From the human T2T-CHM13v2.0 reference genome, Homo sapiens: 64,000 bases of DNA. How positions within the stretch are numbered: position 1 is the first letter of the stretch; every line of letters begins with the position of its first letter. Positions 16,271 through 30,820 of the stretch are shown piece by piece. The notes beneath the pieces are model-generated. The model had not been told where the DNA came from and did not search any database. It saw only the letters and a program-made list of their open reading frames with translations. The stretch lies in NCBI RefSeq assembly GCF_009914755.1, contig NC_060939.1. One strand, 5' to 3'. Made by a program: the position numbers and the translations under genes.

Positions 16271-16974
16271 TGCACTTTTAAAATGTTTAAATGTAAAGCT
16301 GAGCTGGGATCAAATACACACATTTAAAGCAAAACAAACAAAAAAGATCCCCTCCCCCACCTCAAAGTAGGACCCATATTATAGATGTCACCAGCAATAA
16401 AAAGTAATTTTTAAAAAGCTCCTCAGTTTTCTTGAAGCTTGAGGGTTTAGAAAGAAGAGCCAGATTTATAAGGAGAAACCTACCACTTAATTATTTAGAA
16501 CTTTCCAACGCAACAGCAGAATATAACTTAAGCAAAAGTCCTTTATTACAATCCTATAATAATATGTATGGGAGATGGAAATCGCTTTTCTTAAGAATAA
16601 GCATTCCCAAACACTCCATTCTTCTTAGAGTGTGCAAATGTGAAAGTGATAGCAGTGGCATATTTAGCATACTTCACAAGAGTCTTCCTCAAGCCATACA
16701 TAGTGGGAGAGAAATTTCAAATAAAAGAGTTTGAGTAACTAATAAGGAATTTTTTGGACTTGGAAGCACCAGTAAGACTATGGTTTATTCCTCCCTTCAG
16801 CAGGCACTGAGGGCCTATTAAGGGGATTGAGGATGGATGAAGGTCACCTAAACGTTGAAAGCCATGGCCATGGTTCTCTAGCTCAAAAGACACATGAATA
16901 GTGTCTTGTAAGGCTGAAGAAAAACAGTCACGACTTAAATCTACCTGTGCCCTCCAAGATGTCCTTTTGATAGG

Positions 16975-17045
16975 GTATGTGACCTTGGGCAAGTCACTTC
17001 ATCAGCTGGTCTTGTTTCTTCACCTATAAAATGAAGATAGTAAAA
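16975..17045 (+). mobile_element. MIR fragment
   Basis: tgtgaccttgggcaagtcactt...gtttcttcacctataaaatg. Confidence 0.75.
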
Positions 17046-18013
17046 CGCTGGTGCCTTCAGGGTATTCCTGGCACTAATGAAGGCTCATAAAGTGCTTTGA
17101 GATCCTTAGGATGAAAGTCTCTTCAGAACAGTAAAGCTTGATTATTATGCTGCAAACATGACATTCCCATGAAAGTCCTGGTCAGGCTCTTACCCCACCT
17201 CTCAGGGAAGATTTAATAGTGGAGAATTGTAATATGTTCTTAAAGGATTGAGATCTCCATTACTGATACAAAATATGCCACAGTAAACTAGTATATTAAG
17301 GGCTATTATCATGAATAATTTAAAGCCAAGTTGTACTTACAGATTAATCAACCAAGTATATATTATGATGCAGTAGATTTTCATTGTGGCTTCCCCCAAC
17401 AGACTAATGTGACAAAAAATTATTATTCTCAGTGGATCCTCCAGTTTGCATAGATTAGCAGGTTGACTTCACATAATGGGTCATCACAGTAAACTTCTGA
17501 GGGATACCTTTATATCTACTCTAAGAAATAAACCCAATTAGAGGTCTCTTCTTAGTACAGAAGAAGAGGTTCATTAATGATAATGAGAGACTGGGTTACA
17601 CTAGGCCCTAAGTTTGTAATTAATCTTGTACAGACCTTCCCGCTTGAAAATATTGAAGAATATCAAAGTCATGTACATCACTCCAGGCTAAAACACATGC
17701 ACGTGAAAAGGGGAGAGCAGGCTCATGCACAGACGTCTTGGCTGATCTTGGACAATGCTACTTCTGATGATGCATTGGAAGGTGTAACCATAATTAGATC
17801 AAGTGAAAGCCTTGTGTGAGCTCATTTAGATAATTCACTAAGTCTGAATATTAAAAATCCACAATTTCTGTATTCCATAGCATTAAAAAAGATGTCCACA
17901 GTAAGGTACAAAGGATGGATTTTAAAAGACATGCTAAGAGGAATTACAGACACTAATGTGTTAGTGGAATGACAGATTATGGTCGTCTCAAGAAAATTTT
18001 AAAGAAATATCCA

Positions 18014-18395
<382 letters not shown>

Positions 18396-18941
18396 TTAAA
18401 AAATAATGCTGCCATTGGCACCAGCTAATATAAGATAATTGGCAATGCCACTGTACTCTTGACTGTAGTGGGAGAGAAAAATAGATTACTTTCTGCTAGA
18501 GATAAGGGACACTTTCAGATTTCTGGAATGCTATTTGAAAGGAGAAAGGTGCTCAGTAAAAGACTAGGGATGTTGCCACAATAGTGAGTTCTATCTCTGC
18601 AGCTGGGAAACTCATCTACAACAGACCTGACGGTCCAAATACTGAAAAAATAATTAAGGCCATTCGGAACCATTAAGTTTATAGATAAGCAGGATAAACT
18701 GACCTTCAAGGGAATCTGCAATTCTTTTCCTGACTCCAAGCCAAGTTTTCCTAACATGCCGTGCGTTGGTGTACCTCCGTGCCTTTGCTCAGCAAGTACC
18801 TTCACCCACCTAGCCACTTCTCTGCCTGAGAAACTCCTACTCATCCTTCAAGATGTAGGTCTAAATATCTCTTGCTGTGTGGAGACTTCTTTGGTGTTGC
18901 AGAGGTAGAGATAGATGCTTGATGCTCTCATAACACTCAGT

Positions 18942-19382
<441 letters not shown>

Positions 19383-20072
19383 TGAGGCACTGGGACCACA
19401 TCTTATCACTTTAGTTATAAAAGACATGATAAAACTGCCTGGTGCCTAATACAAGTCCAATGACTCTAAATTCAAGTATTTACTGTCCAATGTGACACAG
19501 GAACTGAACAATCAGAGCACATGCTGGCTGTAAACAATTGTCGGGGCTGTTCTGGGATGTAGCTCTCCACAGGCATCATAACAGCCACCAAATGTTTATT
19601 GAAATAAAATCAACCATAGCCTGACTTACTGAGTGTACAGTAAAGCTTTTATAGCCCCAGAGCTAAGTGTCACCATTTTCCCATCTATAAAATGGGAGAG
19701 TAATACCTTCTTCATGATGTTGTTATAAATCTAATATGAATCAAATGAAAAGGCACCTCATGCCTAATACAAGATGATTGACTCTGTGCTTGTGGCCAAA
19801 TCACCTGTCAACTACTAAAAGCTCTAGAAAATGGCCCTAACCCATCATTTCAAAAGGGATCATTATCTCCCAAATCACCAGGGATAGTTTGGGGAGTTTG
19901 GCCTGGAGTCCATCAGGGTAGGTTGAATGTGAGGGTCTTGGTGAAGTAGGTGCCCCTTCCATTGTCCATGTGGCCTAGCGTCAGGTAAAGGGAAACAGCT
20001 AATTTAGAGAAAAGCGTGCCTTGTGGAACACACCCTGGGTCATAGATTTTCAGCTAGTTTCCTTTCTCAAGG

Positions 20073-20250
20073 GTAGTGATTCTTACATTTTGCTGCACAT
20101 TCAAATCACCTGGAGAGCTTTTAAAATTCCTGCTGCCCAGGCTGCACTCCTGGTGAGTTATATCAGGATCTCAGGGTTGGGACCCAGACATGGGTATTTC
20201 CTACAGCTCCTGTGGATGATTCCAGTGGGCAGTCAAGTTTGAGAACCAGA
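20073..20250. mobile_element. MER5-family hAT MITE
   Basis: tgctgcacattcaaatcacctggagagctttt...caagtttgagaacca. Confidence 0.8.
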
Positions 20251-20267
20251 GTCTAGGGCATGGAGGG

Positions 20268-20548
20268 GTCACAGTCCTAGATGCCCACAGAGGTCTGGCA
20301 GGTCATGTGGATGAGTTAGTGTCAGACAACTGGGAGCAGGGAAGACCTGTGGTAAACTGGAAAGCACCTGTCTTATTTAAAGATTTTCAACTTAAAAAAA
20401 TGAATTCACTACATATACCCCCAAAATATGTAAAACGATTATATATCAATTAAAAACATTTTTTTAAAAAATGAATTCACTGTTCCAGCCAAATGAAACA
20501 CAGCTGTGAGCTGTGTTTGGCCCATAAGCCATTGGTTTGCAAAACCTG
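20268..20548 (-). mobile_element. MER102-like hAT-Charlie element
   Basis: ggggtcacagtcctagatgcccacagaggtctggcaggtca...ggtttgcaaaacctg ends. Confidence 0.6.
20411..20465 (+). mobile_element. 55-bp L1MA-type 3' terminal insertion
   Basis: Perfect 16-bp TSD aaaaaatgaattcact (20395-20410, 20466-20481); body resembles the extreme L1MA 3' end. Confidence 0.75.
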
Positions 20549-21636
20549 TCTGTGGTAATATTGCCTGAGAGGCCCCGGAAGGTTCTCAGAATAGGTCAAA
20601 GCCAAAGCTCAGGAAATGCTGCTGAAGCTATCAGCTGTGTGCTTCCCAAGGATTTCCCCTACATTCCATTCTCTTTCCCCCAGATGCTATTGTTAATTGG
20701 CTTTTGTGTACTTATTTTACATGTTTTTACATTTCTTTTCAGATACCTAGAAAATATATTTTTGAATGCTACCACAGCACATGCCTATGAAGGTTTGAAT
20801 TTCATCTTGGCAAAAAGTTTTTCACAGTGATTATTGCTGACATGGCTATTGTTGAAGCTATTGTACAAGTTCTTCTGTTTAAAGGAAAGGAAGTAGATCA
20901 GGTCAGCTGCTCATTCTTTAAGCAAAACCATCAAATGTTCTTCAGGACAGCTCTCTTTTCAAGACAATCTTTGCAGCAGCATGGGATGTTTCTTACTGGG
21001 TAAAGAGGATTGCATTCATTCCTCTGCAGGAGCAGGGTGATATTTTTATTTTTAAGCCTCTCACTTGACTACCTGCCACTTGTCCCAAGTACAACCTCCA
21101 CTGTGTTCCTTTAATGTCTTTAGGGTTCAGAAGTCATTGACTAAACTGGGTGTGGCCTGGACAAGGCTGAACGAGTCCTGTCACATTTTCCTCCCAGCTT
21201 ATCCCCACCCGTTATTAGTAAGTAATTCTCTTACTGCACTGAGGCCTCGACAAAGTCCTTATCACAGGGTCACAACAGTTCCCATCAGATTTTGCCCCTG
21301 GGTGAGGATGATCCAAACTCCATTTCCTCTTCCATTTCCTCTGCAGGTCTCCATAGTCCCTACAGGGCAAATTAATATCATCAACTTCCCTTCTGTAATT
21401 TCTGAATTTCTTTCCGGAAACTTCCTCATTTTGTATTGAATTGCTATTCCTCTATCAGTTTGCAAATTACTATCTTTAACAAATGAAATCACTCAGATCA
21501 GTAACAGTAAAAAGCAATTTACTATAATGATAGTTACATAAGAAGAAACAAGTATAAGTGGAATAAATGAATGAATGAATGATGCCTCACTCTGGACCAT
21601 ATTTATCATGAGCTGATAGCAGACAGGGTTTCATGA

Positions 21637-21983
<347 letters not shown>

Positions 21984-22004
21984 TGTGATTGCATTTTCTA
22001 TCCA

Positions 22005-22240
22005 ACTGAACATTTTTGAGCATCTGCTGTGTGTCAGAACCAGGGAACAAAGATGAACACGTAAGTTCCTGCCCTCAGGGAGCTCCCTGGAGAGTGGGGT
22101 GATCTAAGAGTGCTCAATGTGCCCAGTGCTCCAACAAAGGGGTGTATGTACAAAGTGCTGTGGGAGCAGAAGAAGGAAGTGACTAACTCTGCCTTGGGGC
22201 ACAGGGAAAGTTTTAGAAAAGCTGGGACATCAGGGCTGGG
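22005..22240 (-). mobile_element. L2 fragment
   Basis: ttgagcatctgctgtgtgtcag...cctgccctcagggagct. Confidence 0.6.
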
Positions 22241-23206
22241 CCTCAGAGACACTCCCTTTCCCAGCATGAGCCTCACTCCAAGTTTGGGGACAATGTCTGC
22301 CCTCAGGGAAAAGACAGAAGTTGGGCCCCATGCCTGGTTTCCCAGCTCCTCTTTCCCAGACATCTCTGTGGGGAGAAAAGAGGGCAGACATGGGCTTTAA
22401 AGACCACTCCTCTTTCTTCCTCCCAAATAAAGACTCGTATTCTCTTCATTCATCACTTCAGATACCAAGAACCCCAGTGAAGAATGAGGGTATTGGGGGT
22501 TGATGGTCAGACTAACAAAACGGTAGGACAAAAGAAAAGCTAGAAATGAAAGTCATAGTGTACCAAGATGGGAAGGGTCGGTAGAAGTGGTCTTTTATTG
22601 CTAATATTATTCAGAATTGGTGCATGGAGATAATAAAAAGCAGAGAGACTTTTAGTTAGCTCTTTTATTGTTTTTAAATTCTCTACAGGACAACGCAGCC
22701 TCATACTCCCTGCAACCCAGGTGGGCTGCTCCCATGCTCCCCCTACATTGTCATGGAATGAATTTACTTTCTGAAAGTTCAGACAAAACTGAAAATTCAA
22801 GACCAGCTTGGGATTTATAATGGGCTCTGATTCTCAGTGTGTCCAGCATGTTGCAGGTGATGAGAGAGACTGGGGACTTCATCTGCAAATTCTGATACCC
22901 CCACTCCCCCTGCCAGGATACTGTCCTGTGAAGGTTCATCACCCCAAAAGCCCAGTGGTTCCCAACCCGATCTTGCTCCTCAGATGTGAACCCATGGGGC
23001 AATGGGATTGGGGGATAGTAAAGAAGACAGGGATCCAAGGAATCCCATATTTCCAGGATCAGGAGCAGATAGATTAGAGATGATGCAGGATCTTTCTCTA
23101 GGCAATCAGGAAGAGTCCTTGAGGAAGCAAAGAAGCTTGCCCAAATTATAATAGCAAGATGTTTGTTTGAACCCAGAAGTCTAGAGTTGTGGTTAAAGAG
23201 ATGCTA

Positions 23207-23726
<520 letters not shown>

Positions 23727-23735
<9 letters not shown>

Positions 23736-23798
23736 TAGTGGAAATTGAGTCTCATTTCCACTGTTGTAAGCTGTTGTTAGTGGAAATTGAATCTCATT
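23727..23798. repeat. 30-bp direct repeat with palindromic spacer
   Basis: agctg(c/t)tgttagtggaaattga(g/a)tctcatt at 23727-23756 and 23769-23798. Confidence 0.9.
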
Positions 23799-24259
23799 AA
23801 ACTGCTCAAATTTGATATTGTTATCCACTCCTTTGCTCAGTGATTTTGGGTCTCTAAATTCTATCCAAAGAAACAGAAGTCTCTCTAAGAACACATGATA
23901 ACTCTTTAGCATCTTTTCCTTAAAGTTGACAAGCTTTCTCAGGAGCAGAGCATCTTTGGCTGGCAGAATCATGGGCTATTACTGTAGGAATAGAGCAGAA
24001 GGAATGGGACTCCTAAGGCCATCCCTATTTTCTTGTGTGGTTTGCAGCATTGCTCCTGGTCTCCATTTTCTGTGCATCAGTGTCATACCACAAAATGCAG
24101 TATCCACCTCAATTTTGTGTTCCATTCCTTTAAAAAGTGAAAGTAATTGCTTCTGTATTACAAAAGCACTATGCAGTACTTGCAGAAAAAACAGATAGCT
24201 TAAAAGAAGAAAAACTCATCCTACTCTCGTTATCCAGAGACACCCTCTGTGATGCCTAA

Positions 24260-24645
<386 letters not shown>

Positions 24646-25075
24646 TGCATTTACTATTTTCTTACCTCTATTTCCACTTAACAATATATCACGAACATCC
24701 TCCCATGGCAATAGATATTAATCAACAACATTTTTAATGACTGGATAATACTTTATTTACTAGACGGACAATCTTTTAACACAACTTTTATTGTTTAACA
24801 CACAGCTCCTTTCTGATTTTTGAAATCTTCAACAGGGTTGTCCATCAACCACCTGGAGGATGATTACTGGGACATATCCTTAACAATTTCCTTAGTAGAA
24901 ATTCATGTAAGTGATATTGCAGAGTCAAAGGCTATATGTACACTTTAAGGTTTCAGATGCATGTTGCCAGATTGTCCCCCTCGAAGTCTGGACCGTTGAA
25001 CCTCTCACCTATGAAATATATATATTTTTAATTCTTTGCCAACCTATTAAGCAAAATAGTATCTTAGTTTAACAT

Positions 25076-25359
25076 ATTATTTTTTGAGGCACGGTCTTGC
25101 TCTGTCATCCAGGCTAGAGTGCAGTGGCTCACTGCAGCCTCAAACTCCTGGACTCAAGAGATCCTCATGACTCAGCCTCCCTAGTAGTTGGGGCTACAGG
25201 TGCAGGTCAGCATGCTTGGCTAATTTGTTTAAATTTTTTTGTAGAGATGGGGTCTTGCTATGTTGCCCAGGCAGATCTCAAACTCATGGCCTTCAGCAAT
25301 CCTCCTGCCTCAATCTCCTAAAGTGCTGAGATTACAGGTGCGAACCACTGTGCCTGGCC
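25076..25359 (-). mobile_element. AluJ
   Basis: ctgcagcctcaaactcctggactcaag and ggggtcttgctatgttgcccagg. Confidence 0.9.
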
Positions 25360-25409
25360 CAGTTTAATTTATATTTTGATAGCTAACTAGATTGAATATT
25401 TAAAATATG

Positions 25410-25605
25410 GAGTGGTATAATGGACATTGGAGACTCAGAAGCGGGGAGGGTGGAAAGGCAGTGAGGGATGAAAAATTACCTGTTGGGTACCAGTGTACAC
25501 TGTTCAAGTGATGGGTGCACTGAAAGCCCAGACTTCACCACCATACATTTTATCCATGTAACCAAAAACCATTTGTATCCCTAAAGCTATTGAAATTTTA
25601 ACAAA
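25410..25605 (+). mobile_element. L1PB-type 3' end
   Basis: gtggtataatggacattggagactcagaag...cccagacttcaccac...aaagctattgaaat. Confidence 0.85.
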
Positions 25606-25924
25606 TGAAATATGTTTTCTAGCCATGTATATTTTAGCTTTTAAGAACTACCATTCATGTCCTTAGTTTGTTTTTTCTGTGGAGGGGTTAGTCTCTTTCT
25701 TTTGTACTTATTTGTAAACTCTGAAAGAGTCAGGTTATTAATGCTGTCATATTTGTTGCAAATATTGTTTTGTTTACTATTTATATTTTAATTTTGTTCT
25801 AATTGTTTTAAACACATGGCATCTAATCTATATTCTTTTCCTTTTTATTTCCAATCTTTATTTGCACCAAGAATATATAGCCAGCTACCTTATATTTTTT
25901 CTGGTAATCTGTATGGGTACATTT

Positions 25925-26320
25925 TAAAATTGAGATCTAATTCCTATACCATAAAAATTTCCATTTTAAAATGTAGAATTCAGTAGTTTTTAGTATATTC
26001 ACAAGGTTGTGCAACCATCACCACTATCTAATTCCAAAACATTTTCGTTGCCCCACAAAGAAACCCTATGCCCATTAGTATCACTCCTCATTCCCCACCC
26101 CCAGCTCTTGAAAACCACAAATCTGCTTTCTGGGATTTGCCTATTCTGGATATTTCATATGAATGAAATCATACAATATGTGGCCTTTTGTGTCTGGCTT
26201 CTTTCATTTAGCATAATGTTTTCAATGTTCATCAATGCTGTAGAATGAATCAATATTTTATTCCTTTTATAGTTTCCATTGTATGGATGTATTTTGTTTA
26301 TCCATTCATCAATTATTGTA
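25925..26320 (-). mobile_element. L1MB-type 3' end
   Basis: ttcacaaggttgtgcaaccatcaccactatctaattcc...tgtctggcttctttcatttagcataatg. Confidence 0.88.
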
Positions 26321-26358
26321 ATTTTATAATACACTTTCTAGTGGGGCATAGTGTATCT

Positions 26359-26532
26359 CAGTGATTCTTAAAGTGTGGTCTGACCTTTAGCATCAGCTGA
26401 GAACTTGTTAGAACTGCCAATTTCAGGTCTCACTCCAGACCTACTGAATTATGACCTGTGGGCCTGGGCTCAGCCATCTGTTTTAATCAGGCTTCTAGGT
26501 GACTCTGATGCACAACTTTTTGAGAATCACTG
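26359..26532. mobile_element. MER5A hAT MITE
   Basis: Terminal inverted repeats cagtgattct...agaatcactg; ccagacctactgaat. Confidence 0.85.
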
Positions 26533-26868
26533 ATATACCTTATTACACTTCTTTAACACTGTCCTGTTTTTTTTCTACGTTTATTAATTCTTCTGGCTGA
26601 AGTCTAGTGTTTTGGAACATATATCCAGGTTCTAATTTTATAAGTTGTTAAAGCCTTCTTGAAGTCTTCCTTTACCCACCCTTTTTTTTTTATTGTTAGG
26701 GTCAATAGTTAACTGATATTTTAAAATATCCTTGCCTCTATCTCTCTCATTTACAAACTCAGTGTGGAGTTTTAGATCTAGATTATTATTTTTTAAGACG
26801 TAGATTCTATCCAATTTTATTTTATTTATAAGTTTCTCTATTTTAGCTAGTTTTAGGGCTTATCATAA

Positions 26869-27280
<412 letters not shown>

Positions 27281-27949
27281 TTTACCAGGGTTCTTTTGTC
27301 TCCATTGCCTCACTTGTGGAAATCACATCTCCGGACTTACAATATGTGTCATCCTGTGCCGGTACCCTTACTGCCAGGGTCATCCATATCTGTATGAGTG
27401 TGCAGAGATGGTTGTACTGGATGGTGTGTGTGTTTGTGCACGCATGTGTGCAAAGGCAGAAGAGCCCTTACTGGGCAGTGCCCAACATAGGTGGAGGGCT
27501 AGCTTCCTGGCTTTCTGGTGATGATAAAGAAGGTACAAATATATCTTCCTTTTATTTTTGTTAGACTCTCTGTTTTGAGAAGCAAAGCCAGATCATTCCA
27601 TGAGCTGAAAACTAAAGTAAGGTTATACAATTTCTTCTCTGTCTGCCCATGTCTAATATCTGTTATTCCAAGGTTTTGTCTTTTTATTGTCTTTGTTTTC
27701 AACATTGTAAATTTTTTGAAAAAGTCTTTTCCCATGTTTCATGGGCATGTTAGTGACAAGTCAAGAGAGGGTGCATTGGGGTGTGGTGGTCAGATGCCAT
27801 TTTGAAATAGAGTGGCACATTCACATTAGAGGCCTGTGTCTCAGGAGAGACGTTCCTCCATCTCAGATTCAGGAGCTATGGCATCACTTCTACTGCATTT
27901 TGGTTTAAAAATCACACTTGGACTGAAAGGGACAGAGACAGTACAAAAT

Positions 27950-28534
27950 AAAAAGAGGCTTTTAGACTCCAAGAATTCTGTTGGTGAGAAGCAAGCTGAG
28001 ATAACTATGCAGCTGCAAACATAGGTTACTTCTCATGAAAAAGGAAGGAAAACCAGAGGGTGGGACCAAGAGTCCAGAGAATGGAGCCAAAAGTCATGAA
28101 AATCCCCATTGAGCAGCAATAGAACTGAATCCTAATCAAGGAATTTCCAACATTTGCCCATCTGGATTTCAGAACTGCTACAGACCAGTAACTTCTGCAT
28201 GCCTCCTGTTTTACCCCCTTTTGAACAGGAGCTTCTCTAGTGGGTGTCCATGCTTGTCCCACCATCATATGTATGTTGGGTGTGTGTGGATGGGGGTGCA
28301 GATAGCTGTATCTGTAGTTCACAGGTCTTCAGATTGAGAGGATTTGTACCCAAATAGCTGTACTTAAGGAACTACAACTGAGGACCCTCATCCGCATCTG
28401 GACTTGATGTAAATGATGGGATTTGGACTTACAGCTGATGCTTGAATGGGATGAGACTTTTGGTGGCCTTGGAAGATGGTGAGTATCTTTTACATATGGG
28501 AAGAATGTAAATAATTTGTGGTCAGAGGGTGGAT
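27950..28534 (+). mobile_element. MLT1 (MaLR) internal 3' region
   Basis: ggatttcagaactgctacagaccag, ttcacaggtcttcagattgagagg, ending in purine tract ggtcagagggtggat just before the LTR. Confidence 0.75.
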
Positions 28535-29061
28535 TTTGGTGGTTTTAAAAATATGTCCACAAATTCTTTGATACTTTTTCCCCTTCAAAAGGTAGACCTT
28601 AATTCCCTTCCCTTGAGGGTGGGCTAGACTTAGTGACCTGTTTCTAATGAATAGAATATGGTATTAAAGATGGTGTGTAGCTTCTGAGACTAACTCATCA
28701 AAGACATTGTGGCTTATTCCTTGTGCTCCTTCTCACTTGTTCTGGGGGGAGCCGGCTGCCATGTTGTGAGAGCCCTCAAGCAGCCATATGGAGAGATCCA
28801 CATGGTGAACAACTGAGGCCTCCTGCCATTGACCATGTGAATGAGTCCTGTTGGAAGTGGATTCCACATGCCCTGTTAAGTCTTCAGATAACTGTAACCC
28901 TCGTCAATGCCTTGACTGCAATCTCATGCGCGATTCTGAGCCAGAGCTACACAGCTAAGTCACTCCCAAATTCCTGACCAACAGAAACTATGAGATAATA
29001 AATGTTTGCTATTTTAAAACACTGTGTTTGGGTAATTTGTTACACAGCAATAGATAACACA
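28535..29061 (+). mobile_element. MLT1F-like 3' LTR
   Basis: gggctagacttagtgacctgtttcta, gctgccatgttgtgag, ggtaatttgttacacagcaatagataac. Confidence 0.88.
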
Positions 29062-29239
29062 TGGATACAGTGCCATTTTGGCAGAGTTTGAGTCCTGACA
29101 CCTTTTGGTTCTTGACATCTATCTGGAAAGAGGACCCAGGCCAAGATCTCTCCAGAGACAGTGTATGTGGCAGAGATCTTCTCAGAGAGATGTACCTGTA
29201 TCATAAGTGTTACATACAACAAGTCTTTACAAACTGAAA

Positions 29240-29610
29240 ATTTGTGTAGCCAGCTCACAAATCAAGAAAAAATTCACTATTACACCCAGAAACTCCCCTC
29301 AGGCCCCCTTCTAGTCATTACCCTTGCAAAGGGTATCTTGACCTCTAGCAGCAAAGAGTTTTGCCTGTTTTATTCCTTAATGGAATAACTGGAATCATAC
29401 TCTTTTGTACCTGGCTTCTTTTACTCAACATTGTGTTTATGAGATGTATCCAAATTGTTGCATGTAATTGTAGATTGCTCATTATAATTGCCCTACAGGG
29501 GCAGTTATTCTATTGTGTGAAATCCTACAGTTTACTTATTATCCATTCTACTAGTGATGGGCATTTGGATGGTTTCCAGTTTTGGCCTATTACAAATAGT
29601 TCAACTAGGA
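29240..29610 (-). mobile_element. Old L1M fragment
   Basis: ctggcttcttttactcaacattgtgtttatgagat...gggcatttggatggtttccagtttttgg. Confidence 0.75.
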
Positions 29611-30447
29611 ACACATAAAAATAAGTTTTAAGATACGTACATCCAAAGATTGACAAACAAATATGCAGATTATCTTCTATGGTTTACTTTTCCAATATGG
29701 AAAAGAAGAAACAGAAAGTTGTAAAAATAATTTAAATAAATGTTTCCAGTAGCTCATCTGAATTACTTCTACTAAAAGGCAGCACGAAATGCTTCCCATT
29801 GGAACCACTAATTCCTGCTTGTTCACTGACTGCCCATGGTGTGCAAAGCTCTGAACCCTGCCCTGTTCTCCAGGAGTTTTCTCAAGCATAGCAAGCGGAA
29901 AGGGCAAGGACCCCTGGGGGCTGGGATGTAGGGCAGAATGCCATAAAAGTCGAGGAGATACCTTGATGAGGGGAGTTCAGGGAGATCAAGGAGGGGTTCC
30001 TGGAGGGTGGGTCCTGGATAATAGACATAAGTAGACACTCAGAATTGAGGATGAAATGGAAATGAGAAAAGTCACAGAGGTTGGCATTATCTATAAATAG
30101 CCCACTTCATTAAAATGATTTGATGAATATCAGAGGAATTAAAAACAAGTCTTCATCCAGCACTCTTCCCACCAACATCCCCGTTGTTAAAGAGCATGGC
30201 GGCTTTTTTCTACAGTAAATAAACCTAACTTCAGATGCAGCTTTATTTTTCACTAACATCATCTGAAATTGAGATTTGATTTAAGTTAAAAGATGCTAAG
30301 TTCATTCATTCATCCATTGAATATCAATTCTATGTGTAAGTCACTGTCCCACACCACTGAGGATGAAAGTAAATGAAGGATGGTCCGAAACAAACCAATT
30401 CCAAACGATCTTACGTAGTACTGCAGCCCACAGAGGGTGGTTGTGAA

Positions 30448-30820
30448 ATGGTTAAGCAACAAATTCCTGGGAATGTTTGCCACAGGAAGCTTGGTAAAGT
30501 TGATGATATCTGCACGGTGGGGGAGACATTTTCAAGTTGTTCTCAGCCTGGAAATAGTTCCCTCCACCAAAAAAACAGATGCTGTAAAACCTCCCTCATG
30601 GTCACAGTGGTAATCAGAGATGTAGACTGCTGAATGAAGCAAGTGTTTATGGGCAAGAAGTGAATGGCACAAAGACAGAGCACTGATGGAGCCATGTAGT
30701 GGACATTTTGCATTGTGCATACCAGAACTCGTGGCATGTGCACAGTAGCCATTAGGTATGGGTCTACCCAGAGCTATATGAATTGTGTTGATGAAGATGT
30801 GCTTAGAGTGTAAACTCTGA
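30448..30820 (+). pseudogene. Possible decayed Gypsy/Ginger integrase N-terminal H2C2 zinc-binding module
   Basis: Across two frames: KVDDI...QKNRCCKT...*MKQVFMG / RALMEPCSGHF / IVHTR / *PLGM...MCLECK; several stops and frameshifts; similarity judged by eye only. Confidence 0.35.
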
